A DNA stretch of 37,171 bases, from contig DASWGE010000178.1 of assembly GCA_036393895.1 (NCBI GenBank), positions 1 to 37,171 on the forward strand, given 5' to 3'. Shown here one piece after another: positions 16,716 through 25,698 of this stretch (its first letter is position 1; each line of letters starts with the position of its first letter). This DNA is from Streptosporangiaceae bacterium. Lineage in GTDB: Bacteria > Actinomycetota > Actinomycetes > Streptosporangiales > Streptosporangiaceae. Position numbers and translations under genes: made by a program. The notes beneath the pieces were generated by a model. It searched no databases, had not been told where the DNA came from, and saw only the letters and a list, made by a program, of their open reading frames with translations.

Positions 16716-17891
16716 ATGCCCATCCTGTGCGAGCCAAAGGCTTCCGCAAGGGACCTGGTCATTTCCATCGGCGGGAACGTGCGTGCCGCGGACACGTTGC
16801 ACGCAGCGGCCCAGATGCTCGAGAACGATCCGGGCGAGACACTGCTCGTGATCGGCCCCGACACCCCGGTCGGCGAGGCGCTGACGTTCGCCTCGACGCT
16901 CAGGCTGATCCGGCCGGCCGTCGGCGTAATCCTGGCCAGGGAGTATGTCGACGTCAACCTGCTCACCCAGGCGCTTCGCTCCGGTGTCAGGGAGGTGGTG
17001 CAGGCAGGCGATGCCGCAGCCCTCAACGCCGCGTGCCAGCGGTCTTATGAAGTGTCCATGCGACTGCTCAGCACGACGCCGCAGCCCGAGCCGCCGCACG
17101 GCAGGGATGGCCAGATCATCACGGTTTTCGCCGCGAAGGGCGGCTGCGGGAAGACCACCTTCGCGATCAACCTTGGCGTGGCGCTGGCCAGGAACATCGA
17201 CCGGCGGGTGTGCGTCGTGGACCTCGACCTCGCGTTCGGAGACGTAGCGATCAGCGTGCAGCTTGACCCAGCTAAGACCATTGTCGACGCGCTGCCCATG
17301 GCCGGCCACCTGGACGAGACGGGTACGTCATCGCTGCTGACCCGCTACCAGCCCAACCTCGAGATGCTGCTCGCGCCGACCACGCCGGGAGACGCGGAAA
17401 AGATACCGCCGTCGCTGGTCGGCGAACTCCTCGGTGTGCTTCGCACGATCTTCGACTACGTGGTGGTCGACACGCCCGCGCAATTCAGCGAGCACGTCCT
17501 CACCGCCATGGATAACTCGGCGCATCACGCGCTGCTCACCACGCCCGACGTGCCCGCGCTGAAGAACCTGAGGATCACGCTCGACATGCTCGACCTGCTT
17601 TCCTATCCGCGGCAGATCCGCTCGGTCGTGCTGAACCGCTCGGACTCCAAGGTGGGGCTGAGCCTGGAGGACGTCGAGCGCGTAGTCAGGTGGCCGATCG
17701 CCGCTTACATTCCTTCCAGCCGCGATGTACCCATCTCGATCAACAAAGGCACGCCGCTGACGGTCGCGAACCCAGGTCATCCCGCCAGCCAGGCAATCGC
17801 GCGGTTCGCCCAGCTGCGACTGCTTGGGCCGGCCGGAGCAGACGACGGTGGCCGATCAGGTCGCTCACGCGGTCGGAGGCGGTCGGCATGA
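16716..17891 (+). CDS. tadZ: TadZ/CpaE-like ParA/MinD-family ATPase with degenerate N-terminal receiver-like domain
   Basis: Deviant Walker A FAAKGGCGKTT and VVDLDLAFGD. The N-terminal roughly 120 aa resemble a receiver fold. Confidence 0.8.
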   Translation: MPILCEPKASARDLVISIGGNVRAADTLHAAAQMLENDPGETLLVIGPDTPVGEALTFASTLRLIRPAVGVILAREYVDVNLLTQALRSGVREVVQAGDAAALNAACQRSYEVSMRLLSTTPQPEPPHGRDGQIITVFAAKGGCGKTTFAINLGVALARNIDRRVCVVDLDLAFGDVAISVQLDPAKTIVDALPMAGHLDETGTSSLLTRYQPNLEMLLAPTTPGDAEKIPPSLVGELLGVLRTIFDYVVVDTPAQFSEHVLTAMDNSAHHALLTTPDVPALKNLRITLDMLDLLSYPRQIRSVVLNRSDSKVGLSLEDVERVVRWPIAAYIPSSRDVPISINKGTPLTVANPGHPASQAIARFAQLRLLGPAGADDGGRSGRSRGRRRSA

Positions 17892-19285
17892 GCCTGTCAG
17901 ACCGGCTGGCGCAGCGGGTGACGCCCACGGTGGTCTCCACCGAGAAGCGGGGAGGCGCCCACCGGCTGCTGATCGAACCGCCGCGCCGACCCGGCCGGCA
18001 GGTCGACCCGTTCGCGGCCGTCAAGCGCAATGTCCACGAGGGACTGCTAGAAGTGCTCGGGCCGAAGCTCTATGACGTCCAGCTCGACCAGAAAGAGCTC
18101 GAGCTTCAGGTCACCCAGACGCTTCAGGCGGTGCTGCAGCGCGACGAAACGCCACTGACCATTGCCGATCGGTCGAGGGTCGCTCAGGAGGTCGCTGACG
18201 AGATACTCGGACACGGGCCGCTCGAGCCGTACCTGCGCGATCCTGGCATCTCCGAGATCATGGTGAACGGGCACGACCAGATCTACGTGGAGCGCGACGG
18301 CCGCCTGTATCCAGTGGCCGCCGCTTTCATGGACGAGAACCATCTGCGCCGCGTCATCGACAAGATCGTCGCGAGAGTGGGCAGGCGGGTCGACGAATCG
18401 AGCCCGATGGTCGATGCCCGCCTTCCGGACGGCAGTCGCGTCAACGCCGTGGTGCCGCCCATCGCGCTCGATGGCTCGCTCCTTACTGTCCGTAAGTTCG
18501 CCGCTGACCCGTTTACCGTGGCCGACCTTATCTCGTTCGGGACTATGAGTCCGCAGGTTGCCGACCTCCTGGAAGCCTGCGTGCGCGGTCGGCTGAACAT
18601 CGTGATCGGCGGCGGCACCGGTTCGGGCAAGACGACCACGCTCAACGTGCTCTCTGCGTTCGTGCCGCACGATGAGCGGATCGTGACCATCGAGGACGCC
18701 GCCGAACTGCAACTGCGCCAGGAGCACGTGCTCCGGCTGGAGTCGCGGCCGCCGAGCCTGGAGGGCACCGCCCAGGTGACGATCCGCGACCTGGTGCGGA
18801 ACTCGCTACGGATGAGGCCGGATCGCATCATCATCGGCGAGATCAGGGACGGTGCCGCCCTCGACATGCTGCAGGCGATGAACACCGGCCACGACGGCTC
18901 GATCACCACGCTGCACTCGAACTCGCCGCGGGATTCGCTGGCCCGCCTGGAGACCATGGTCCTCATGGCGGAGATGGACCTGCCGCAGCGGGCGATCAGG
19001 GAGCAGATGACCTCGGCCATCGACCTGATCGTCCATCAGACAAGGCTCAAGGACGGGACGAGGCGGATCACCCACATCACAGAGGTCGAGGGCATGGAAG
19101 GCGACGTGATCACGCTGCTCGACGTGTTCGTGTTCGACTTCAGGGCGGGTGTGGACCAAGACGGACGGTTCCTGGGCAGCCTCCGTCCGACCGGGCTTCG
19201 GCCCCGATTCATCGAGACGCTCGCCGATCGCGGAGTCACCCTCTCCCCGGCGATCGTGGGCGGCGGCGAAGGATTCGCTCGGTGA
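17888..19285 (+). CDS. tadA: TadA/CpaF secretion ATPase
   Basis: Walker A GGGTGSGKTT, RIIIGEIRDGAA and His box GHDGSITTLHSNS. The ATG overlaps the tadZ stop (ATGA). The maximal ORF from 17690 overlaps tadZ. Confidence 0.9.
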   Translation: MSLSDRLAQRVTPTVVSTEKRGGAHRLLIEPPRRPGRQVDPFAAVKRNVHEGLLEVLGPKLYDVQLDQKELELQVTQTLQAVLQRDETPLTIADRSRVAQEVADEILGHGPLEPYLRDPGISEIMVNGHDQIYVERDGRLYPVAAAFMDENHLRRVIDKIVARVGRRVDESSPMVDARLPDGSRVNAVVPPIALDGSLLTVRKFAADPFTVADLISFGTMSPQVADLLEACVRGRLNIVIGGGTGSGKTTTLNVLSAFVPHDERIVTIEDAAELQLRQEHVLRLESRPPSLEGTAQVTIRDLVRNSLRMRPDRIIIGEIRDGAALDMLQAMNTGHDGSITTLHSNSPRDSLARLETMVLMAEMDLPQRAIREQMTSAIDLIVHQTRLKDGTRRITHITEVEGMEGDVITLLDVFVFDFRAGVDQDGRFLGSLRPTGLRPRFIETLADRGVTLSPAIVGGGEGFAR

Positions 19286-20910
19286 GCGGGCGAAGGACCG
19301 TGGCCCGATCCTGGGCGGTGCTGGTGATCGCGGTGCTGCTCTCGCTGCTGGCTGTCCCGTCCGGCACGGCCGCCGCGCATGCCGGAGACAGGTCAAGGAT
19401 CGTCGTCATCTTGCTCGACACGAACATCTCCCCGGCGACGACGCAGATGTCCGACGAACGGAACGCCGAGGCCGCTTATGTGCGCGCTCTTCCTGCCGAC
19501 GTAGAGGTCGGGCTGATCGTGTTCAATGACACCTGGCGGACCGTGCTCCAGCCCACGTCAAACCGCACTAGGCTGTCCGCCGCGGTGGCCGCGGCCAAGC
19601 CGCATGGGGCCAGCTCCAACGGTCTGGCGGGCGCGCTGGCGGGCGGGGTGGCGATGGTCGACCGGCTGGGTGCCGCGTCCACCAGCCGCCTCCTGGTGCT
19701 CACTGACGGCGAGCACATGAGACAGCCTCGCCTGGCCGTGGCGATCCCGGTGGACGCGATCACCTGGCACTACGACGGCGACGACTTCGTCAACGTCGTG
19801 CACCGGGTAGTGGCGGCGAGCGGAGGTCACGTCACGGCTCCCGGTAAGTCCGGAGGGCTCGTCAAGTTCATCCCGCCCAAGCCGCATCCAACTAGCCGCC
19901 CGGCTCCGGTGCGGCGGCTGCATTGGCAGCTGTCCAGGACCCTGATCGACGTGCTGGCCGTCGTCTTCGTCGCGGTGCTGGCGCTGGTGCTGCTCTTCCT
20001 CAGGTCGCTGCGGCGGGGAGATCGGCGCCCGCAGCTCGCCAGCCAGATTGAGCGATACGGCCCGATGGGGGCATCGAGCGGACCCAGCCACGCCCCGGAA
20101 CGTGCGGGGACAGTAGCGCGAGCCGCAGTCGGACTCATGACGCAGGTGCTGAGATCCCGGAACAGCGAGCCGAAACTCGCGCTGCGGCTCGACCGCGCTG
20201 CGATAGCCAGGGCCCCGGCCGAGTGGGCGCTGCTTGGCGTGTGCGTGAGCGCCGGGCTCGCGGCGGTATTCACGGTGCTGCTCGGCAGCGCCGTGCTCGG
20301 CCTCCTCGTCGGCATCGTGACCGGCTGGCTAGCCATGCGGCTTACCCTCAGCGTCAAGATCAGCAAGAGGCGCGCTGCGTTCGACGAGCAGCTGCCGAAC
20401 GTGCTTCAGCTTGTCGCTGGATCGCTCCAGACCGGCTTTTCCCTGGCCCAGGCGCTGGACGGGGTCGTCAGGGAGGGTGCTCAGCCAGCAGCCGGCGAGT
20501 TCGCGCGCGCGCTGGCGGAGACCCGACTCGGCGTCGACCTCGACGTGGCCCTCGACGGGGTAGCGGACCGGCTGGACTCTGGCGACCTGCGCTGGGTCAT
20601 CATGGCGGTCAGGATTCAGCGCGAGACCGGCGGGAACCTGGCCGAGGTGCTGCGCAACACGGTGGCCACGATGCGGGAGCGGGCATTCCTGCGCCGTCAG
20701 ATGCGAACGCTCAGCGCTGAGGGTCGGCTGTCGGCTTACATCTTGTTCGCGCTCCCCATCGTGGTCGGCGGCTGGCTGTTCTACTCGAATCCGAGCTACA
20801 TGCGGCCGCTCTACACGACCGTCATCGGCGTGTGCATGCTCGTGACCGCGGCCGTGCTCTTCGTCGTCGGGGCGATCTGGATGCGCAACCTCATCAACAT
20901 CAAGGTGTGA
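19282..20910 (+). CDS. tadB: Fusion protein: signal peptide + vWA-like domain + TadB (T2SS-F family) membrane platform
   Basis: GTG overlaps the tadA stop (GTGA). The N-terminus is VLVIAVLLSLLAVPSGTAAAHA. vWA-like strands are RIVVILLDTNISP and SRLLVLTDGE. The C-terminal half has LPNVLQLVAGSLQTGFSLAQALDGV ... RIQRETGGNLAEVL plus TM segments. Confidence 0.8.
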   Translation: MSGRRTVARSWAVLVIAVLLSLLAVPSGTAAAHAGDRSRIVVILLDTNISPATTQMSDERNAEAAYVRALPADVEVGLIVFNDTWRTVLQPTSNRTRLSAAVAAAKPHGASSNGLAGALAGGVAMVDRLGAASTSRLLVLTDGEHMRQPRLAVAIPVDAITWHYDGDDFVNVVHRVVAASGGHVTAPGKSGGLVKFIPPKPHPTSRPAPVRRLHWQLSRTLIDVLAVVFVAVLALVLLFLRSLRRGDRRPQLASQIERYGPMGASSGPSHAPERAGTVARAAVGLMTQVLRSRNSEPKLALRLDRAAIARAPAEWALLGVCVSAGLAAVFTVLLGSAVLGLLVGIVTGWLAMRLTLSVKISKRRAAFDEQLPNVLQLVAGSLQTGFSLAQALDGVVREGAQPAAGEFARALAETRLGVDLDVALDGVADRLDSGDLRWVIMAVRIQRETGGNLAEVLRNTVATMRERAFLRRQMRTLSAEGRLSAYILFALPIVVGGWLFYSNPSYMRPLYTTVIGVCMLVTAAVLFVVGAIWMRNLINIKV

Positions 20911-20922
20911 GAGGCTGGTTCA

Positions 20923-21831
20923 TTGCTGCCCATCATCGGTGCTGCCACCTTCGGTGCAGGGATCCTGCTCCTCGTGTATGGCTTGCTCGCAGCAGATTCG
21001 AAGAAGCGAGGCGTCGCCGCAGCGCTTACCTCGATCGAGCAGCACTACCGTCACAGCGCAGTGGTCTCGGAGCGCACAGAGCAGTCCGGCGAGCCGACAA
21101 GGCTGCCGACCTGGGCGCGGACCCTGGCGCTGCGGCTGTCGCCATCTGGCGTGTCGGGCAGCCTGCAGCGGCGTCTGGACCTGGCGGGAAACCCGGCCAG
21201 TTGGGCGGCTGACCGGATCCTCGCCATGAAGGGTCTCGGGCTGATCGTCGGCGCCGCGCTCGGAGTGCTGTTCGGTTTTCACAGTCCGGCGCTAGCGATC
21301 GTGTACGCGGCGATCGGCGCTGTCTGCCTGTTTTTCCTGCCCGACGTGCTGCTCTACAACATGGGCATCAAGCGACAGGAAGCGATCTTGTCCGGTCTCC
21401 CCGATGCTCTGGACATGCTGACAGTGTGTGTCGAGGCAGGCCTCGGTTTCGACAGCGCCCTCGCCCAGGTTGCCCGCAACACGCATGGTCCGCTCGCCGA
21501 GGAGTTCGCGCGCGCACTACAGGAGATGCAGATCGGCCTGTCGCGAGTTCAGGCACTGCGCGCGATGGCCGACCGGACTACCGTGACCGAGTTGCGCGCG
21601 TTCGTCTCCTCGCTCGTTCAGGCCAGCGAACTCGGCGTTCCTGTCGCTCGTGTGCTGCGTGAGCAGACGGCGGAGATGCGGGTCAGGCGTCGCCAGCGAG
21701 CCGAGGAGAAGGCGCAGAAAGTGCCAGTCAAGATCATGTTCCCCGTCGTCACCTGCCTGTTCCCGGCACTGCTCGTGGTGATCGTCGGCCCAGGGGTGAT
21801 CTCGATCGCCCGGTCTCTGTTCCACCTGTAG
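20923..21831 (+). CDS. tadC: TadC (T2SS-F family) membrane platform protein
   Basis: LPDALDMLTVCVEAGLGFDSALAQV... with flanking TM segments. TTG start with GAGAGG upstream. Confidence 0.85.
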   Translation: MLPIIGAATFGAGILLLVYGLLAADSKKRGVAAALTSIEQHYRHSAVVSERTEQSGEPTRLPTWARTLALRLSPSGVSGSLQRRLDLAGNPASWAADRILAMKGLGLIVGAALGVLFGFHSPALAIVYAAIGAVCLFFLPDVLLYNMGIKRQEAILSGLPDALDMLTVCVEAGLGFDSALAQVARNTHGPLAEEFARALQEMQIGLSRVQALRAMADRTTVTELRAFVSSLVQASELGVPVARVLREQTAEMRVRRRQRAEEKAQKVPVKIMFPVVTCLFPALLVVIVGPGVISIARSLFHL

Positions 21832-21837
21832 CCCGGC

Positions 21838-22497
21838 GTGACCAGCATTTCGAGCCGCAGGAATCTCGATGTCGGCCGCTTGGTGATGGTGCCGGCCGCC
21901 GTCCTGATGCTGATCGTCGACGTGCACGCGCAGGTCGCTGGGACGACGGTCGCCGCCTCAAGCGCCGGTGAAGTCCTGCGAGGCTTCAGCGCCTTCCTCG
22001 TCTGCGCCTTCTACGCGCTGATCGTCTGGTGCTACCTGCGCCGCGGCCCAGCGGTCTCGACGAGCAAATCGGTCACTGCATCCGCGGTTGCGGTGCTGGC
22101 GACCTTGACACCGTTCGTCTTCCCGCTGCTCGGCGGCAATGGCCAGGGAACCGCCGGGCAACTGGCCGCCGACGTGCTGCTGGTGGCCGGCACGAGCTGG
22201 TCGGTCTGGTCGCTGCGTTTCCTCGGACGTAACCTCTCAGTAATCGCGCAGGCGCGCGGGGTCGCCGACCGGGGTCCGTATCGGCTCGTGCGGCATCCGC
22301 TCTACAGCGGGGAGATTATCTCCTCATTGGGGCTCGCCGTGGCGGTCGGCTCGGTCCCCGCGTTCGCGGTCTGGCTGGCCCTGATCGCGATGCAGGTCTA
22401 CCGCGCTGTCCGGGAAGAGCAGGTGCTGGTCCAGGCCCTGCCCCAGTACCGGGACTACCGTGCCTGCACGGCCGCCTTGCTGCCGGGTGTCTTCTAG
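21838..22497 (+). CDS. Isoprenylcysteine carboxyl methyltransferase (ICMT)/phospholipid methyltransferase-family membrane protein
   Basis: Polytopic ORF with the C-terminal signature GPYRLVRHPLYSGEIISSLGLAV...REEQ. The start (GTG at 21838) is uncertain. Confidence 0.7.
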   Translation: MTSISSRRNLDVGRLVMVPAAVLMLIVDVHAQVAGTTVAASSAGEVLRGFSAFLVCAFYALIVWCYLRRGPAVSTSKSVTASAVAVLATLTPFVFPLLGGNGQGTAGQLAADVLLVAGTSWSVWSLRFLGRNLSVIAQARGVADRGPYRLVRHPLYSGEIISSLGLAVAVGSVPAFAVWLALIAMQVYRAVREEQVLVQALPQYRDYRACTAALLPGVF

Positions 22498-22622
22498 CCG
22501 CCCTCAGCAGCGAGGGGCACTGCGATCAGTCCTGCGTACTTCGGTTGCGGCATTTTCTCGATCGTGTCCTACGACAACTTCTTTCTCGGCAGCGTGACAG
22601 TGGCCGACGCGCTGACCGGCGG

Positions 22623-22850
22623 GCGCCGGCAACTGATGCTGCCGCCTCGCCTGTCCCATTCACCAATGAGCAGCGAGGTGATCAGGAAACCGGACAGCAC
22701 GAAGAAGATGCTACGCGGGTTAAGTATCCGCCAGCGCTGGCCGTTCCATAGCTCGGTCAGCGAGAAGGAGTTGCCCTGAACGCTGGTGAAATAGAACCCG
22801 GTCGCCAGGCATTCGGTAGAACTAGCGCACGAGACATCGGTCAGCCCGCC
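22623..22850 (-). pseudogene. Mosaic of two gene relics: one propeller-blade repeat fused in frame to an acyltransferase-3 N-terminal fragment
   Basis: The minus-strand translation LTDVSCASSTECLATGFYFTSVQGNSFSLTELWNGQRWRI matches the blade pattern of the 23263-25431 protein (VS...xAxG...LxExW[DN]GxxW). It is followed directly by IFFVLSGFLITSLLIGEWDRRGGSISCRR, which resembles the FFVLSGFLIT motif of acyltransferase family 3. There is no credible start or full-length context. Confidence 0.45.
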
Positions 22851-22894
22851 GGAGAAGAACTGCGCAGGGTGCTGAATCGTGACCACCCGCCAGG

Positions 22895-23122
22895 TTGCGC
22901 CGTGGCCTGCTGGCGCAGTACTTGAGCAATCGGAATGCCCAGCTCGGCGGACTGAATCATGGCGGACACAAAGGCGCGCAGCTCAGGCACCGAAGTGCGG
23001 TCGCCCATCGCCCGCAGTGCCTCGCTCCGTGACTTCCCGATCTGCATCTCCTGCAGCACGCGTGCGAACTCAGCGGCCAGCGGCCCATGACTGCAGCGCG
23101 CGACCTGCGCGACCGCGGCGTA
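22895..23122 (-). pseudogene. Inverted partial copy of tadC (central cytoplasmic domain only)
   Basis: The minus-strand translation AAVAQVARCSHGPLAAEFARVLQEMQIGKSRSEALRAMGDRTSVPELRAFVSAMIQSAELGIPIAQVLRQQ aligns to TadC residues about 178-252 (21454-21678). Identity is 50/75 by hand. It lacks the TM segments and both termini. Confidence 0.7.
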
Positions 23123-23262
23123 GCACGATCCGGCCGATGTCCGTTCAGCGACAGTGCCCGGAAAGTTCACCGCGCAGGGGGTTACCGGTTTGCCGAGAGT
23201 CCGTAGCGTCGAGCGACGTACGTTCTACGTTCCCCCGGACCAGCTCGCGGAAGGCTGATTTG

Positions 23263-25431
23263 ATGGCCTCACGCGTACGCACCCTGCTCGCGCTTGCCGC
23301 CGCCGTTTCGTGGACGCTGACCGGCGTCTCCATGGCCAGCGCGTCATCCCGACCAGCTACAGGCGGCCACTACCAGCACATCTTCGTCATTGTCATGGAG
23401 AACCATAGCTACACGGACGTCATAGGGAATCCCGCCACGCCAAACCTCAACGCGCTGGCGAAAAAGTACGGCATCGCAACCAACTACTTCGCCGTCACGC
23501 ATCCGAGCGAGCCGAATTACGTCGCACTGCTCGGGGGCAGACCCTTGACGGTGCAGAACGACAACGCCTATTACGTGAACAAGGTCGCAGCGCCGAGCCT
23601 GATCAGCGAGCTTGACCATAGCCACGTGAGCTGGAAGGCCTACCTTCAGTCGCTCCCGCACGCCGGATACGAGGGAATCTGCTACCCGGCGAACTGCAAT
23701 GGCGCGCCAGACAAGGACCCGCTCTACGTCTCCAAGCACGACGGGATCCAGAACTACACGACGTCACTGAACACCAGAGATTGGTCCCGCCAGGTGCCGG
23801 TCGACCAGCTCAGCCGCGACCTGCGCACAGGCAACGTGCCGGCCTTCAGCTGGGTAATCCCCGACGAGTGCCATGACCAGCACGGCGACCCGCCGAACTG
23901 CATCGACTCGGGCAGCACGGGTGGCAAGGACCCGCAGGACCAGCGCCTGCTGACGATCGGCGACCGGTACCTTGGCCACCTCGTCTCGCAGATCACCCAC
24001 GCCGGTTTCTGGGCCAAGGGCAACAACGCCATCGACATCGTCTACGACGAGGGCGACAACAATGTCGGCGGCGGCGGAAGGGTCGCCAACATCGTGGTGA
24101 CGAGCCACGGTCCGCGGCACTTCAAGGACGCGGCCCACTACAGCCACTACTCGCTGCTCCTGACTCTCCAGCAGAACTTCGGGGTGGCCTGCCTGCAGCA
24201 CAGCTGCGACGCGGGGGTCAAGCCGCTGAAGCCACTGTTCGCCGTCACCGGGTCGACCGCTTCGGCATTCACCCCGCTGCATGAGCCGTCGATCGCCACC
24301 CCGACGCCGGCGCCGACAGAGCCCGTCAAGTTCACGACCGACACCTCGTCAAGCGGCGGATGGACCGTGCAGCGCGCGCCGACGCTCGGGACCAATGACA
24401 ATACCTACGGCGCGGTCGCCGCGGTTTCTGCGCACGACGTGTGGGTGGCCGGGAATTTCCTGCCCGACACCTCCACCAGTAACCAGGACGCCACCCTGGC
24501 GACGGCGGCGCATTCCGACGGCTCGAAGTGGCAGCAAACACCGGTGCCCGACTCCGGGCCGAACTACAACACGCTGTTCGGCGTCGCTGCCACGCCCGGC
24601 AGGGCTTGGGCGGTCGGTGTCGCGCTGAACAAGCGCTACCAGACTCACAGCCTGGTAGAAGCCTGGAATGGCTCTGCCTGGCGCATCAGCTCGACACCGA
24701 AGCTGAATACCACGCAAGACATCTTGTTCTCGGCGACCGCCGTCTCGCCCAAGGACGTCTGGGCAGTCGGCGAGCAGCAGCTGCGGAATGGAGTCTTCCA
24801 TACGCTGGTCGAGCACTGGGACGGGTCCAGCTGGTCGGTCATTCGCAGCCAGAACCCCGGTTCCTCCGGCGACCATCTGTGGGGCGTCGCGCAGGCGGGC
24901 CCGGACAACATCTGGGCTGTCGGCCAGCGCAACGGCGGGCACAGCGACGCTCCGCTAGTCGAACACTGGGACGGCAAGCACTGGACGGTGGTCAATGTCC
25001 CCACCGCCGGCCTGACCGACGGCCTGCTGCAGTCCGTTGCGGTCAGTGGCGGCGAGGTTTGGGCAGCCGGCCAGAGCGATGACGCTGCCCACCAGGCCCG
25101 TCCGCTGGTCGAGCACCTCCACAACGGCGTCTGGACCGCACAGCTCCTCAGCGGCGTGGGAACCGGGTTCTCCAACGTCACTGGCGTCAGCATCAGTCAC
25201 GGGACGGCGTGGATCGTCGGTTCCGCGTACGACGGGACGAGCGGTGACCAGCTGACCGTGGTCGCGGAGCACACCATGGGTGGCTGGCACCAGGTCCCGG
25301 CTCCCAACCCTGGTACCGGTGACAAGGTCCTCGGCGCAATCTCGGCGGCCGGAAACGCGGTCTGGGCCGTCGGCTTCTTCAAGACAGACACCGGCCGCAG
25401 CCCGATGATCGAGTCGCACATGTCGAATTAG
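23263..25431 (+). CDS. Secreted phosphoesterase-family (PLC/AcpA-like) enzyme fused to a C-terminal 7-bladed beta-propeller-like repeat domain
   Basis: Signal peptide MASRVRTLLALAAAVSWTLTGVSMASA. Phosphoesterase motifs are HIFVIVMENHSY, THPSEPNYVALLGG and IPDECHDQHG. Seven repeats of the type VWAVG...LVEHWDGxxW follow from about 24355. The ORF is open from 22879, but that extension crosses the relic region. Confidence 0.8.
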   Translation: MASRVRTLLALAAAVSWTLTGVSMASASSRPATGGHYQHIFVIVMENHSYTDVIGNPATPNLNALAKKYGIATNYFAVTHPSEPNYVALLGGRPLTVQNDNAYYVNKVAAPSLISELDHSHVSWKAYLQSLPHAGYEGICYPANCNGAPDKDPLYVSKHDGIQNYTTSLNTRDWSRQVPVDQLSRDLRTGNVPAFSWVIPDECHDQHGDPPNCIDSGSTGGKDPQDQRLLTIGDRYLGHLVSQITHAGFWAKGNNAIDIVYDEGDNNVGGGGRVANIVVTSHGPRHFKDAAHYSHYSLLLTLQQNFGVACLQHSCDAGVKPLKPLFAVTGSTASAFTPLHEPSIATPTPAPTEPVKFTTDTSSSGGWTVQRAPTLGTNDNTYGAVAAVSAHDVWVAGNFLPDTSTSNQDATLATAAHSDGSKWQQTPVPDSGPNYNTLFGVAATPGRAWAVGVALNKRYQTHSLVEAWNGSAWRISSTPKLNTTQDILFSATAVSPKDVWAVGEQQLRNGVFHTLVEHWDGSSWSVIRSQNPGSSGDHLWGVAQAGPDNIWAVGQRNGGHSDAPLVEHWDGKHWTVVNVPTAGLTDGLLQSVAVSGGEVWAAGQSDDAAHQARPLVEHLHNGVWTAQLLSGVGTGFSNVTGVSISHGTAWIVGSAYDGTSGDQLTVVAEHTMGGWHQVPAPNPGTGDKVLGAISAAGNAVWAVGFFKTDTGRSPMIESHMSN

Positions 25432-25447
25432 GCCATAGAGACGCAGG

Positions 25448-25486
25448 CGGGCCGGGACTGTCAGCACCTCACAGTCCCGGCCCGCC
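25448..25486 (+). terminator. Perfect 15-bp GC-rich hairpin downstream of the phosphoesterase gene
   Basis: GCGGGCCGGGACTGT-cagcacctc-ACAGTCCCGGCCCGC begins 17 nt after the TAG. There is no U-tract, which is common in high-GC actinobacteria. Confidence 0.6.
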
Positions 25487-25698
25487 CAAGGACGAGCTCA
25501 TGCTGGACGCGGCACAGTACGCTGAGCGCTCATCGGCAAATCCCGCTGGTGAAGTCCAGTCGTCGGTTACCCGGGAGTCCAGGTGCCCGGTCACGACATA
25601 GAACCGCAGGTGGCCTGGCAGAGTCATGCCCAATACCGTGCGGGGGTTAGGTAAAGTGACGAGGTAGCGGCACGGGCCGTGGCAGGACGGAGGACGGC

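Noticed and set aside
22879-23262. Upstream 128-codon extension of the phosphoesterase ORF (850-aa version).
   Set aside because: It reads through the antisense of the tadC relic with Arg/Pro/Ser-rich junk. A clean signal peptide begins at ATG 23263.
25624-25660. Possible CsoR operator around AATACCGTGCGGGGGTTAGG upstream of csoR.
   Set aside because: It has only a loose resemblance to the TACCC...GGGTA pseudo-palindromes known for CsoR. The arms are imperfect and I cannot score it without a matrix.
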